A DNA stretch of 64,000 nt from a virus (Duplodnaviria; Caudoviricetes). Shown one piece after another: positions 28,462 through 37,348 of this stretch. Below the pieces are notes generated by a model. The model saw only the letters and a list, made by a program, of their open reading frames with translations, searched no databases and was not told where the DNA came from. Location of the stretch: IMG/VR virus record IMGVR_UViG_3300027708_000013; one strand, given 5' to 3'. Both the position numbers and the translations under genes were made by a program. Positions within the stretch are counted from its first letter, which is position 1; every line of letters begins with the position of its first letter.

Positions 28462-28665
28462 TCAACATTGGTTCCAATGTCTTACTACACCTGCGATTAT
28501 AACAAAATTTGTTATTATGTATATCAACACAATTACTGTGCGAACACCGGCGACGCCGTCGGCTTCTTGATCAGTAGCACCAGTTTTTTCACCCAGTGCC
28601 TTGGCCCAAATTCTCCAAAGATGCCTAACCTTCGTAGATGGCACTGTTGGCTCCATGTTCAGCAC
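28462..28665 (-). CDS. Small membrane protein
   Basis: WRIWAKALGEK followed by a hydrophobic segment; start uncertain. Confidence 0.5.
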   Translation of the reverse strand: MLNMEPTVPSTKVRHLWRIWAKALGEKTGATDQEADGVAGVRTVIVLIYIITNFVIIAGVVRHWNQC

Positions 28666-29251
28666 ATTCCGCTCTTACACAGTAACAACGACCATTGGTT
28701 TTTTCTCTAATCAATTGATCGGCAAAATAAAATGCATGTTCGGCAAATTTCTCTGCACCCACACCATTGAATATTCTAATTTCGGCTAATCCCAACTCTT
28801 CCAGTTCTTGGAATTTGGCAAGATATGGATCAGCGAGATCCAACGCCAATTTATGATCAAAGTTATCTTCTAACCATGCCTTGAGCGGTTTGAGTCCGCC
28901 AAAGTCCACTGCCCAGTTTTTATCATCTAATTCATCGCAACCAAATGTAAATGTAAATGCTAGACTGTAACCATGTAGCAAATGACAATGACTGTGATCT
29001 GCGTTGGGTTGACGAAACACAGCACTGAGTCCTATGTTGTGTCCGTAGTGCTTGGTTGAGTAATATTTTGCCCCAGACCTTTGCCCTGTTTCGGCAATGT
29101 CATTGAGTGCTTGCTCGGTTGATTGAACTGTATTGCGTAACTGTTCAATGTATTCAGATGTCTCGTCACTATTTGCCTTGGTGCTATGGTAATGGTTGAT
29201 TCGAGCATCAAAATAGTCGCTCAGTGCTGATGTGAAAGTTTTATTTGCCAT
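28625..29251 (-). CDS. queD: 6-carboxytetrahydropterin synthase with ~60 aa N-terminal extension
   Basis: CHLLHGY, VDFGGLK, FDHK, EHGANSA; SD AGGAGA before ATG 29251. Confidence 0.9.
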   Translation of the reverse strand: MANKTFTSALSDYFDARINHYHSTKANSDETSEYIEQLRNTVQSTEQALNDIAETGQRSGAKYYSTKHYGHNIGLSAVFRQPNADHSHCHLLHGYSLAFTFTFGCDELDDKNWAVDFGGLKPLKAWLEDNFDHKLALDLADPYLAKFQELEELGLAEIRIFNGVGAEKFAEHAFYFADQLIREKTNGRCYCVRAECAEHGANSAIYEG

Positions 29252-29337
29252 TGTATTCTCCTATGTTAGATTATAGCATAGACTTGCAGAATTTGTATAG
29301 CGGGAATGAAAGCCAGAAAGGCCGCTTGAAACAGTAT

Positions 29338-29889
29338 TTATTGTTGCCACCAAGTTTCCCAAGGAAAACAAATCCACACCGGGTCTTCCAGTTTGTTGAT
29401 GTCCGTCCCCGAATAGTCCACCAAAAACTCACTCGCAGTGTTGTTCACCAGCACAGCAGTGCGTACATTGTGATGCCAGACGTTCAGCCAACGATCGTGA
29501 TTGGGCAAACAACTGCTTTGCCAATCCTCCCGAATCCAAGCCAGTGTGGCACCGGAATCATTGATGTCGTCTACTATTAATATACGTTTAGCATGTATGG
29601 TGTAGTCAAATGCACTGTTGGTGCCCAGGCCTTGATATCCGCCATCCACCCAACCGAATGCATCTTCGGCCATGCTGAGATTACTTGTACGCTCATCTCC
29701 GTCACGCAAACTCACATCCAGACTCCGCATTGGTACGCCCAAATAATGACTCAACATCAATGCCGGAGTCAATCCACCACGTGTGAGTCCCACAATGTAA
29801 TCGGGGCGCCATGAGCCCTCGTGCAGGTCACGTATAATTTCATGCACCCAACCACGAACATCTGCATCGGTGTAATAGATTTTTTTCAT
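29338..29889 (-). CDS. Type I phosphoribosyltransferase (Gpt/Hpt-like)
   Basis: IVGLTRGG, ILIVDDINDSGATL, WICFPWE. Confidence 0.9.
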   Translation of the reverse strand: MKKIYYTDADVRGWVHEIIRDLHEGSWRPDYIVGLTRGGLTPALMLSHYLGVPMRSLDVSLRDGDERTSNLSMAEDAFGWVDGGYQGLGTNSAFDYTIHAKRILIVDDINDSGATLAWIREDWQSSCLPNHDRWLNVWHHNVRTAVLVNNTASEFLVDYSGTDINKLEDPVWICFPWETWWQQ

Positions 29890-30635
29890 CTTGGAGCAAA
29901 GTCCTGTTGTAGTTTGATATTGTCCATGAACTCTTTTTTAGTTCCTGGGTCTGTGTTGAACGCACCTTTGAGTACTGTGGTCTGTGTCAAACTACTATGT
30001 GCCATGATGCCTCTATTGGTGCAACATCCATGTTCCGCCTGTATGTAAACTCCAATATGTTCCGAATCTGTTGCTCTCATTATTTCTTTTGCGATGTCGT
30101 TGCAGAGCTCTTCTTGTAAAGTACCACGCCTAGCACACCACTGAGCAATCCTAGTGTACTTGCTAAGACCAATAAGTTTGTTAGCGGCGATAATACCAAT
30201 GTAAGCCACACCACTAACAGGCTGATGATGATGACTACACATACTACGCAACTCACTTCTAATAACCAACATACCTTCATATCTATCCTCGCTATCATTT
30301 GGAAAAGCTGTTGCATCTGGTGCTGCATCATATCTACCCGCCATCGTTTCGTTAAAATACATTTTAGCCAATCGCTTGGCAGTGCCCTTGCTGTTTGGAT
30401 CCGTTTCTCTATCAATCAGCAAGCGATCTAAAACAGTTTCGAATGCCTCAGCGGCTTCGTTGATCAATTGTCGTTTGACGGCATCATTATTGACATATTC
30501 GCTAATATTGTCTCCAGCCCAAAATCTTTTACCATTTCGTTTCATTGTGGCACGAATCACGTCTGATACTGGGCATAGTTGATAACCACCGTCACCTGCC
30601 ATTGCGGCTAGGCCTGTTTCTTTTTTATTTGTCAA
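29886..30635 (-). CDS. folE: GTP cyclohydrolase I
   Basis: TAKRLAK, SMCSHH, GLSKYTR, RRGTLQE, HGCCTNRG. Confidence 0.96.
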   Translation of the reverse strand: MTNKKETGLAAMAGDGGYQLCPVSDVIRATMKRNGKRFWAGDNISEYVNNDAVKRQLINEAAEAFETVLDRLLIDRETDPNSKGTAKRLAKMYFNETMAGRYDAAPDATAFPNDSEDRYEGMLVIRSELRSMCSHHHQPVSGVAYIGIIAANKLIGLSKYTRIAQWCARRGTLQEELCNDIAKEIMRATDSEHIGVYIQAEHGCCTNRGIMAHSSLTQTTVLKGAFNTDPGTKKEFMDNIKLQQDFAPR

Positions 30636-30658
30636 TTAGTTCTCCCGTGTATTGTGTT

Positions 30659-30687
30659 ATTGTATAGTATTTAGATTCAAGTGTCAA
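30659..30687 (-). promoter_or_regulatory. Sigma70 promoter TTGACA-17-TACAAT with nested TAAATA
   Basis: -35 at 30682-30687, -10 at 30659-30664, TAAATA at 30668-30673. Confidence 0.8.
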
Positions 30688-30743
30688 ATAATTATGAACA
30701 TATATTATATAATAAATACCAAAACAATGTGATTATATTCAAA

Positions 30744-31826
30744 ATGAAACGTGCCGTTCTTTGTGTTGCCAATCCGCAGGACTATATCAATCAACTTGAT
30801 GATTACAGTATTATGATTGTCAATCCTGATGCTCCCGTGTCACGACAGCAGTATCTACTAGATAATTCAGATTGGAGCCTGCTGATCACAGCCGATGGTG
30901 AGCAACATCGTGACGGTGCCGACTACCCCAATGAACGAGTGTTATGGTATACTTCGGGCACCACCGGCGACAGTAAGTTTTGCAGTTTTAGTCAACGACA
31001 ATTAAACCATATGGCCGAAACCATTGTACAAGCATATGATCTAACCGAACAGGATAGGTATGTCAGTGTCATGAGTCTTTGGCATGCACACGGGCAAGGA
31101 TTTTATTGGGCCACACAGTTGGCTGGATGTGAAACACACTATCTTTCAGTTAAAAACCTACGTGCCTGGCCCAGCTACAGTCCTACCTTTGTCACTGCCA
31201 TACCTGATGTATTACAAACCGCCACTCAGTTAAAATTTGATAACAATCTAAGGTTTATACGCACAGCCAGTGCTCCATTGCCTGATCGGTTGTACACTGC
31301 ACTACGAGAATGTTTCGACGTCCCGGTATTGGAAGCATTTGGTATGACCGAGGCAATGAGTCATTGTTTTACCAATCCCTTACACGGTGAGCAAAGAATG
31401 GGCACCGTGGGTTTACCGTCAGGAGTTGAAGCTCAAATTGATGATGGGCACCTGTTGTTGCGTGGTCCCACTTTGGATAGAGAGGTATGGTTTGACACCG
31501 GTGACTTGGCCGAGCAAGATGAAAAAGGATACTATCGAATACTTGGTCGCAGCCGTGATCAAATCAATGTCAAAGGTGTTAAATTAAATCCGTTGAGTCT
31601 GGAACAAAAAATACTTGAGAATATCGCCGGAGTGTCGGCGGTGGCAGTGTTTGGCTCAGATTCGGTTAAATGTGTTTATGTTGGATCTGTTGACAGTAAA
31701 GAAATTCAACAATTCTTAATTGATCTAGCACCATACTGTCGAGCCACAGTATTGGAATCTGTTTCTGCTATACCCTTGACTCCTGCAGGTAAAGTATCCC
31801 GCAGTTTGTTAAATACTCTTTACTAA
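30744..31826 (+). CDS. AMP-binding acyl-CoA synthetase-like protein, compact
   Basis: YTSGTTGDSK, EAFGMTE, DTGDL, GRSRDQINVKG, GKV. Confidence 0.9.
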   Translation: MKRAVLCVANPQDYINQLDDYSIMIVNPDAPVSRQQYLLDNSDWSLLITADGEQHRDGADYPNERVLWYTSGTTGDSKFCSFSQRQLNHMAETIVQAYDLTEQDRYVSVMSLWHAHGQGFYWATQLAGCETHYLSVKNLRAWPSYSPTFVTAIPDVLQTATQLKFDNNLRFIRTASAPLPDRLYTALRECFDVPVLEAFGMTEAMSHCFTNPLHGEQRMGTVGLPSGVEAQIDDGHLLLRGPTLDREVWFDTGDLAEQDEKGYYRILGRSRDQINVKGVKLNPLSLEQKILENIAGVSAVAVFGSDSVKCVYVGSVDSKEIQQFLIDLAPYCRATVLESVSAIPLTPAGKVSRSLLNTLY

Positions 31827-31939
31827 AGTATTTTAAGTTATAAACTGGTGTTTTGGTTAACTTGTATATTTTGTGTTGCTAACAAAACATAAAGATTGTC
31901 TGTTGTCGTGTAGTAGTGTATATTCGTAATGGTCAAGAA

Positions 31940-32557
31940 TCATTTGATATTAATTAATCTACAATCGGGATAGTCAAAATGCTTGTCAAGTTGAGGAGTG
32001 AATTTCTTTTCATTGAGCAAGTTTAATCCCGCTACACACTCTTCTGGACGTAGGTAATAATGATATCCGACTTCAAATTCACATTGTGAAATCCACGGAG
32101 TATAGTTAAAAATATCCCTGCCATCATAACGCATACGACTGGCACGACGATATACTTCTGGATCATCGGTCAACAGGCAACCACCAAGGCCAATTTCCAA
32201 TGGTTTACTCATGCCAAAACTTACACATTGTATAGTGCCCGATTTGTACATATTAGATTCAAATTTACGAGCATAGTCCCAAATATTAGACCCTTTAAAC
32301 TCATATGACCCATGCCAGCGGTCATTGGTTAACATGTACGGAATGTTTAACTTCTTCATGGTCATTGGCACACTCAGATAAGTGTATGCTGGAAACATAA
32401 CCATGTCATTATTAAAATTTATACGAAATGCTATTTCTATAGCATGAGTACAGCAATCTGTGGTTACGCAATAAGGTGCACCAGTATAGTTGGCTACCGC
32501 CAACTCAAAGTCTTGAATAACATTAAATGGATTTTTATAATCACTTAATTTAATCAT
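31940..32557 (-). CDS. Short DegT-like PLP aminotransferase-fold protein
   Basis: VTTDCCTHAI, CVSFGMSKPL.IG.GG (catalytic Lys region), RMRYDGR; only 205 aa. Confidence 0.75.
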   Translation of the reverse strand: MIKLSDYKNPFNVIQDFELAVANYTGAPYCVTTDCCTHAIEIAFRINFNNDMVMFPAYTYLSVPMTMKKLNIPYMLTNDRWHGSYEFKGSNIWDYARKFESNMYKSGTIQCVSFGMSKPLEIGLGGCLLTDDPEVYRRASRMRYDGRDIFNYTPWISQCEFEVGYHYYLRPEECVAGLNLLNEKKFTPQLDKHFDYPDCRLINIK

Positions 32558-33071
32558 GTAAATGTGTTCCTGTAATCTGCATAGTGTATCTTGACTCTAC
32601 CCCAAAGTTTCCGGCAAAATGTGGTACATCGTAATTCCACATCACATAATCTCCTCTGTTCCACGACATAATAGGGTTTCCATCAACTTCCATGTAATGA
32701 CCGGACTTCCAATCCTCTAAAAATACAATACAACGCCAGATAGTTGTGGGATCTTTTATGTTAAAATTTTGTTGATAAGAATGATAGTGGTCTTGGTGTG
32801 TTGGAAACATATTTAATGTATTCATGCAAAAAAACCCAACACCGATGTCTTTCCATTGGAAACTATTGGTAAATAATTCAATAATTGTATGTACATAATC
32901 GGGCATAGGATTTGGCATACTATATAATGCACCATTTAACGTCACATTAACATAGCCCTGTTGTTGCCAGCGTTTTTCGTCCCACGTGTTTTTAATAGGC
33001 AAATATTGGTATGGAAGATCTTTAAAACTGTCATCCCATAATATATCGATATGGCCTTGCTTATGCTTCAT
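32550..33071 (-). CDS. 2OG-Fe(II) oxygenase-like protein
   Basis: PTHQD (HxD), late PHFAGN...RYTMQIT (H...R). Confidence 0.7.
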   Translation of the reverse strand: MKHKQGHIDILWDDSFKDLPYQYLPIKNTWDEKRWQQQGYVNVTLNGALYSMPNPMPDYVHTIIELFTNSFQWKDIGVGFFCMNTLNMFPTHQDHYHSYQQNFNIKDPTTIWRCIVFLEDWKSGHYMEVDGNPIMSWNRGDYVMWNYDVPHFAGNFGVESRYTMQITGTHLHD

Positions 33072-33427
33072 TCCGACAAATGATCCTGTTTAATTTCCCT
33101 CACACTGCATCCCAATTTTTCAGCAAGAGTATTTTTAATGGCGATGCGTTTGTTATTCCAATCTCGTATCTTTATGGCGCGGCGCCCGATTTCTTCCAAT
33201 CCCAACTCCTGCTCGCGACCGGTCTTTAGTAGGCTTTCTAATTCCCAGATCTCGTTATGTATCTGTACTAAATTGTTGTATAAACCAGTAACAGGTGCAA
33301 GATCAAAATGTGACGATTGATCAAGATACCACTCAAGTTCTTCCCTGTTTGCACCCGAGGTACGTGCAAATTTTACTTCGGCAATGGCCAGTCTATCAAT
33401 TAGTTCAATAACAGGAAATATGATCAT
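33068..33427 (-). CDS. Helical hypothetical protein (DUF6165-like)
   Basis: ELIDRLAIAEVK...HNEIWELE...NNKRIAIKN. Confidence 0.6.
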   Translation of the reverse strand: MIIFPVIELIDRLAIAEVKFARTSGANREELEWYLDQSSHFDLAPVTGLYNNLVQIHNEIWELESLLKTGREQELGLEEIGRRAIKIRDWNNKRIAIKNTLAEKLGCSVREIKQDHLSE

Positions 33428-33971
33428 GATATTTTTTTGCATTTGATAAAATTAAATCTTTATTAACCGACCCTATTTCTTTAACAGGAGATCCAGCATA
33501 TACAATCCATCCATTTAAATTTTTATTAACTAGGCTATTAGCACCAATTCTTGCTCCGGTGTCTACAGCTACGTTTGGTAATATAACTGAATTTGCACCT
33601 ACAATGACATGCGAGCCAATATTAATATCTCCAGTTACAAAAAAATGATAATCAGTTTGTTCGTTTACAATTACTATTGATTTATAAAAATCGTTGCTAC
33701 TGCACAATAAAGTAGAGTTTGGAGCTACAGCGGAGTGTTCTCCCATAGTAATTTTATAATTTTTGCCACCCATAAGAACACAACCCGCTTCTATTTTAGT
33801 ATTGGAATTCATAATCAACCCAGTGGAAATAAAAGTAAAATCGTCAATAATAACATTGTCGTGCAATTCTACCAGTTCCGGAAATCTAATACGAACCGTT
33901 TTGCCAATGATTACATTATTGCCTCTATATTTTAAACGAGACGTATCAAAAAATATGTTTTCATTGTTCAT
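33405..33971 (-). CDS. Hexapeptide-repeat O-acyltransferase
   Basis: Left-handed beta-helix repeats, VGANSVILP, IGANSLV, YAGSPVK. Confidence 0.9.
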   Translation of the reverse strand: MNNENIFFDTSRLKYRGNNVIIGKTVRIRFPELVELHDNVIIDDFTFISTGLIMNSNTKIEAGCVLMGGKNYKITMGEHSAVAPNSTLLCSSNDFYKSIVIVNEQTDYHFFVTGDINIGSHVIVGANSVILPNVAVDTGARIGANSLVNKNLNGWIVYAGSPVKEIGSVNKDLILSNAKKYHDHISCY

Positions 33972-34996
33972 AGATATAAGGCCTCGATATCTTTGGGATT
34001 ATTTAGAATATTTTGTATCTTAATATTACTTATATTGGGTCTACAAGGTTGGCAAAATTCAACCCGAGTTTTATTATATATGTCATAATGACGTTTGTTT
34101 AACCAACTGTCACGGAAGTCGTTTTTGTCCCAGTTAGTTAACTCAAACTGAGGATTACCCTTGCCTTCACAGCACAAATAGATTTTACCGTTGGCACAGA
34201 ACACAGGAAAGTGGAACATTTGATGACATTTCTTATAGTTGCGTGGAAGTGTTTTGTTTTGGTTGGCCCAGTATGGTAACTGGTACTGTTGGCTATACTT
34301 GTCTAAACGAGCAATAGTCTCTTTGGTAATAGGATACGCTTGATTATCAACAATTACAGGACGGAAATATAACATGCGACCCTTGAGTTCTTTAACCAGC
34401 CTAAACAAGTCGTTTATTGCTTCGTCATTGTCATTGAGCGGATTGATCAAGCACTTGAAGTCTACATTAACTCCGGCCTCAATTAATCCACGAGCGTTGT
34501 TGCACACTTTAGTAAACAAACTTTTGGCAGTTAAACTGCGTCGTATCTGTTCGTATAAATCTTCTGTGCCAGCATCTATGTCAATGCCAATCCAGGCTAT
34601 TTTGCGTAACTTTTCTACTCTGACTGTGTCTAGCAATTGATCCAAGTTACTTCCGTTAGTGGTGATGCTGGTTAAAAATCCCAAGTCTATGGTATGTTCT
34701 ATCACTTGTTCATAATTGACCAATACAGTGGGTTCGCCGCCGCCGGGATAGGTTATGGTGTGTGTTGTTCCGTAACTGCGAGGCGAGTGGGCTCTCCACC
34801 CAGCTAGTTGATCTAACAAGTCTATGTATTCTGTATATTTCTTTTGCACTGGCTGTTGTTGTCTAAACTCGGCACTGTTGCAATAGTAACAGTCTTGGTT
34901 ACACACATTGGTCAGGTCAATGTCTACTTGAGCCGGTAGTATTTTCATACTGTCGGAGTTTGTCATCCAGTGTGCTACTTCAGCGTATTGATACAT
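33968..34996 (-). CDS. Radical SAM/SPASM protein
   Basis: CNQDCYYC, GGGEP, TTNG; C-terminal C...G.IY.CC...CQPC. Confidence 0.9.
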   Translation of the reverse strand: MYQYAEVAHWMTNSDSMKILPAQVDIDLTNVCNQDCYYCNSAEFRQQQPVQKKYTEYIDLLDQLAGWRAHSPRSYGTTHTITYPGGGEPTVLVNYEQVIEHTIDLGFLTSITTNGSNLDQLLDTVRVEKLRKIAWIGIDIDAGTEDLYEQIRRSLTAKSLFTKVCNNARGLIEAGVNVDFKCLINPLNDNDEAINDLFRLVKELKGRMLYFRPVIVDNQAYPITKETIARLDKYSQQYQLPYWANQNKTLPRNYKKCHQMFHFPVFCANGKIYLCCEGKGNPQFELTNWDKNDFRDSWLNKRHYDIYNKTRVEFCQPCRPNISNIKIQNILNNPKDIEALYL

Positions 34997-35937
34997 TCTT
35001 GTATTTTAGGTTGATATTGAGTATCAAACTCACCGGCAAAAAATTTAGCTCTATTAAGTGCTCGTCTTGCCACAGTGTTTTGATTAATTTTATATAAATC
35101 TTGCTGGATTAAATCTTCAACAAGTTCATGGACTTTTGTGATTCTTGTTTGCCAGTCGAGTTCGTTGTCATAGTACTTATGATCGATTATGTCGTCAAAA
35201 ACATCTACTCCCTGAGTTCTGAGATAGTCAACTGTGCCGGGATTGCCTATTATTAGAAATAGTTGTCCCGTGGCCACAGGTTTCCAAGTTTTTTCAGTGA
35301 CAAATACCTTAGGTATAACTGTAGTTTCTGTTACCAAGTTGATATAACTATCAGCATAGGCAGAATGGGATAAATCGGTACTGGTCTTTACCATTAACGA
35401 CACCCTTGCATCTCCTAGCCTGGATTGAATTGAATTCCATTTTTCTAGCATATTGTTGCTTAACTCATAATTATCAGTTCTCATTGAGAACTGATCGGAT
35501 TGACGATGCATACTAAACAAAAGATCAGCAACATAGGGTTTTTCTTGAAGAGTCATCCAATTATAAATTCTATGCGGTCGTGGTACGCCATTTAGGCAAG
35601 ACACTTTGTATTTCTTTTCTATTTCAAGTAAGTCGGGGCAATTATATAAGTTTTTCCGGCACCAGTGATACCAGTGCGGATAAAATAACAATCGTGGTTT
35701 TATTAAATGATCCTGTGGATTGTGACTCAACAATAAAAAATTAAGACCATGGGATTCCAAGTCATTATGCAAGTTGTACAAAAAGTCACGGTCTCCGTAA
35801 TGCTCACTGCCAAAGTCGGCAACAACCAAATTGTGTGTTTTTAATAGTGTTATTTTTTCTTGATCCAAGCACCAAGTAGTCTTGTTAAAAATCGTATCTG
35901 GCTGATTAAAATAAAAAACTCCTGGTTGATTAAACAT
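34975..35937 (-). CDS. Glycosyltransferase-like protein (VTET...TEK..KP family)
   Basis: SCLNG.PRPHR, INLVTET, FVTEKTWKP; likely start 35937. Confidence 0.6.
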   Translation of the reverse strand: MFNQPGVFYFNQPDTIFNKTTWCLDQEKITLLKTHNLVVADFGSEHYGDRDFLYNLHNDLESHGLNFLLLSHNPQDHLIKPRLLFYPHWYHWCRKNLYNCPDLLEIEKKYKVSCLNGVPRPHRIYNWMTLQEKPYVADLLFSMHRQSDQFSMRTDNYELSNNMLEKWNSIQSRLGDARVSLMVKTSTDLSHSAYADSYINLVTETTVIPKVFVTEKTWKPVATGQLFLIIGNPGTVDYLRTQGVDVFDDIIDHKYYDNELDWQTRITKVHELVEDLIQQDLYKINQNTVARRALNRAKFFAGEFDTQYQPKIQECINTLK

Positions 35938-36904
35938 TCCTGGTGTACCACCGATGGGCACTATCAATGATGGTGGCAATGTCACTGTGTTCAGGCACCC
36001 ACGCCATCTTTTCTTTTATTAAACCAGCATCGGCCACAAGTTCCGCAGGATCTCCAAATCTAGCTGGACCATAATTAACCGAAGTTATCCCGTATTTTTC
36101 TAATACATAATCCACAATGGCTTGATTGCTGGTGCCTGTGTTGGTGCCTAGGTTAAACACTTCAGCACCAGGTTGTGGATAGTCATTGAGTTTATAATCA
36201 GCGGCCATGACATGTGCTCTGGCTATATCCCATACATGTATGTAGTCTCTTACACAGGTACCGTCCTCTGTGGGGTAATCACCACCGTTGATAGTAACAG
36301 GTTGTTGAGCTATGCTGGCTTCTAAAGCACGAGCTATCAAGTGTGTGGCACCAGGTTCTTGACCTAGATCTGCACTGAAAGGTTCTGCACCAGCAGCATT
36401 AAAGTACCTAAAGCACACACTGGGTACAGCATAGGCGCCCCAGTAGTCGGCCAACATGCGTTCAGTCATGGCCTTGGTGGCACCGTAGGGACTGATGGGT
36501 TGGATAGTGTCGTATTCTCTGCAAGGCAATCTATCGGGTTCTCCGTACACACTGGCACTGCTACTGAACATTACTACAGGTTTAGTATCAAAGTCTTTCA
36601 CCGCATTCAGCATGCGTATGGTCTTGGCAATGTTGTTGTCGTAGTATTCACCAGGATTGTCCATGCTGGGCCCAACCAAGCTGGTTCCGGCACAGTGTAC
36701 AACAACATCTGGTGCCAGGCTGTGCATGGTGGCTAGACTGCTATCACTGGCGAAATCTGCAATCAAATAGCCATCTATACCTTGTAAGGTATGATCTCTT
36801 TGCTCTCGATCAATGATAACCACATGATCACCATTCTGTTTGAATGCTCGTGCCACGTGGCTACCAATGTAACCACAGCCTCCAGTTACTATGATTTTTC
36901 TCAT
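35930..36904 (-). CDS. galE: UDP-glucose 4-epimerase
   Basis: VTGGCGYIGSH, SSSASVYG, YGATK, FRYFNAAG, VRDYIHV. Confidence 0.93.
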   Translation of the reverse strand: MRKIIVTGGCGYIGSHVARAFKQNGDHVVIIDREQRDHTLQGIDGYLIADFASDSSLATMHSLAPDVVVHCAGTSLVGPSMDNPGEYYDNNIAKTIRMLNAVKDFDTKPVVMFSSSASVYGEPDRLPCREYDTIQPISPYGATKAMTERMLADYWGAYAVPSVCFRYFNAAGAEPFSADLGQEPGATHLIARALEASIAQQPVTINGGDYPTEDGTCVRDYIHVWDIARAHVMAADYKLNDYPQPGAEVFNLGTNTGTSNQAIVDYVLEKYGITSVNYGPARFGDPAELVADAGLIKEKMAWVPEHSDIATIIDSAHRWYTRNV

Positions 36905-37131
36905 TTGGGTTTTGTTTGTGTTAGTTGCCAATTTTTTTCTAGCAAGATATTGTTTTTTTTGCGTAGGTCAATGACATCCTGTATTAAACTGTCTGTCAAA
37001 TTACGATGGTACGCTAAATCCCGTTGTAGCTTTTCATCAGTGATGGGAGGTTTTTGTTGGCTGGCACAATAGGCATAGCCGGCTAAAAAGCCTACCATCC
37101 CAACTACACCAGTTAATAAGTCAATGGTCAT
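36901..37131 (-). CDS. Small membrane-anchored coiled-coil protein
   Basis: N-terminal TM helix. Confidence 0.6.
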   Translation of the reverse strand: MTIDLLTGVVGMVGFLAGYAYCASQQKPPITDEKLQRDLAYHRNLTDSLIQDVIDLRKKNNILLEKNWQLTQTKPK

Positions 37132-37144
37132 ATATAAAATCCTT

Positions 37145-37348
37145 TTATGTTTGGGTCAATGGGGTCGGGAATACAATAGTTTTTAACATTACATATTGAT
37201 CAAATAATTTAGTTAATTCATTTTCCTCACCCAGGAACCATTGACTGGCAGCTCGCATACTCAAGGCATCAAGTTCAGTTTCGGTCAACATGGGGTACTG
37301 CTCTCGAGCCAAAGTTATCCAAATTTCTCGTTTAGTATTTAGACTCAT
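37145..37348 (-). CDS. Hypothetical protein
   Basis: 67 aa ORF overlapping the GT stop. Confidence 0.55.
   Translation of the reverse strand: MSLNTKREIWITLAREQYPMLTETELDALSMRAASQWFLGEENELTKLFDQYVMLKTIVFPTPLTQT

Noticed and set aside
29262-29340. preQ1 riboswitch upstream of queD
   Set aside because: Lacks the preQ1-I stem-loop plus A-rich tail and the class II/III layout; kept only as an unassigned hairpin.
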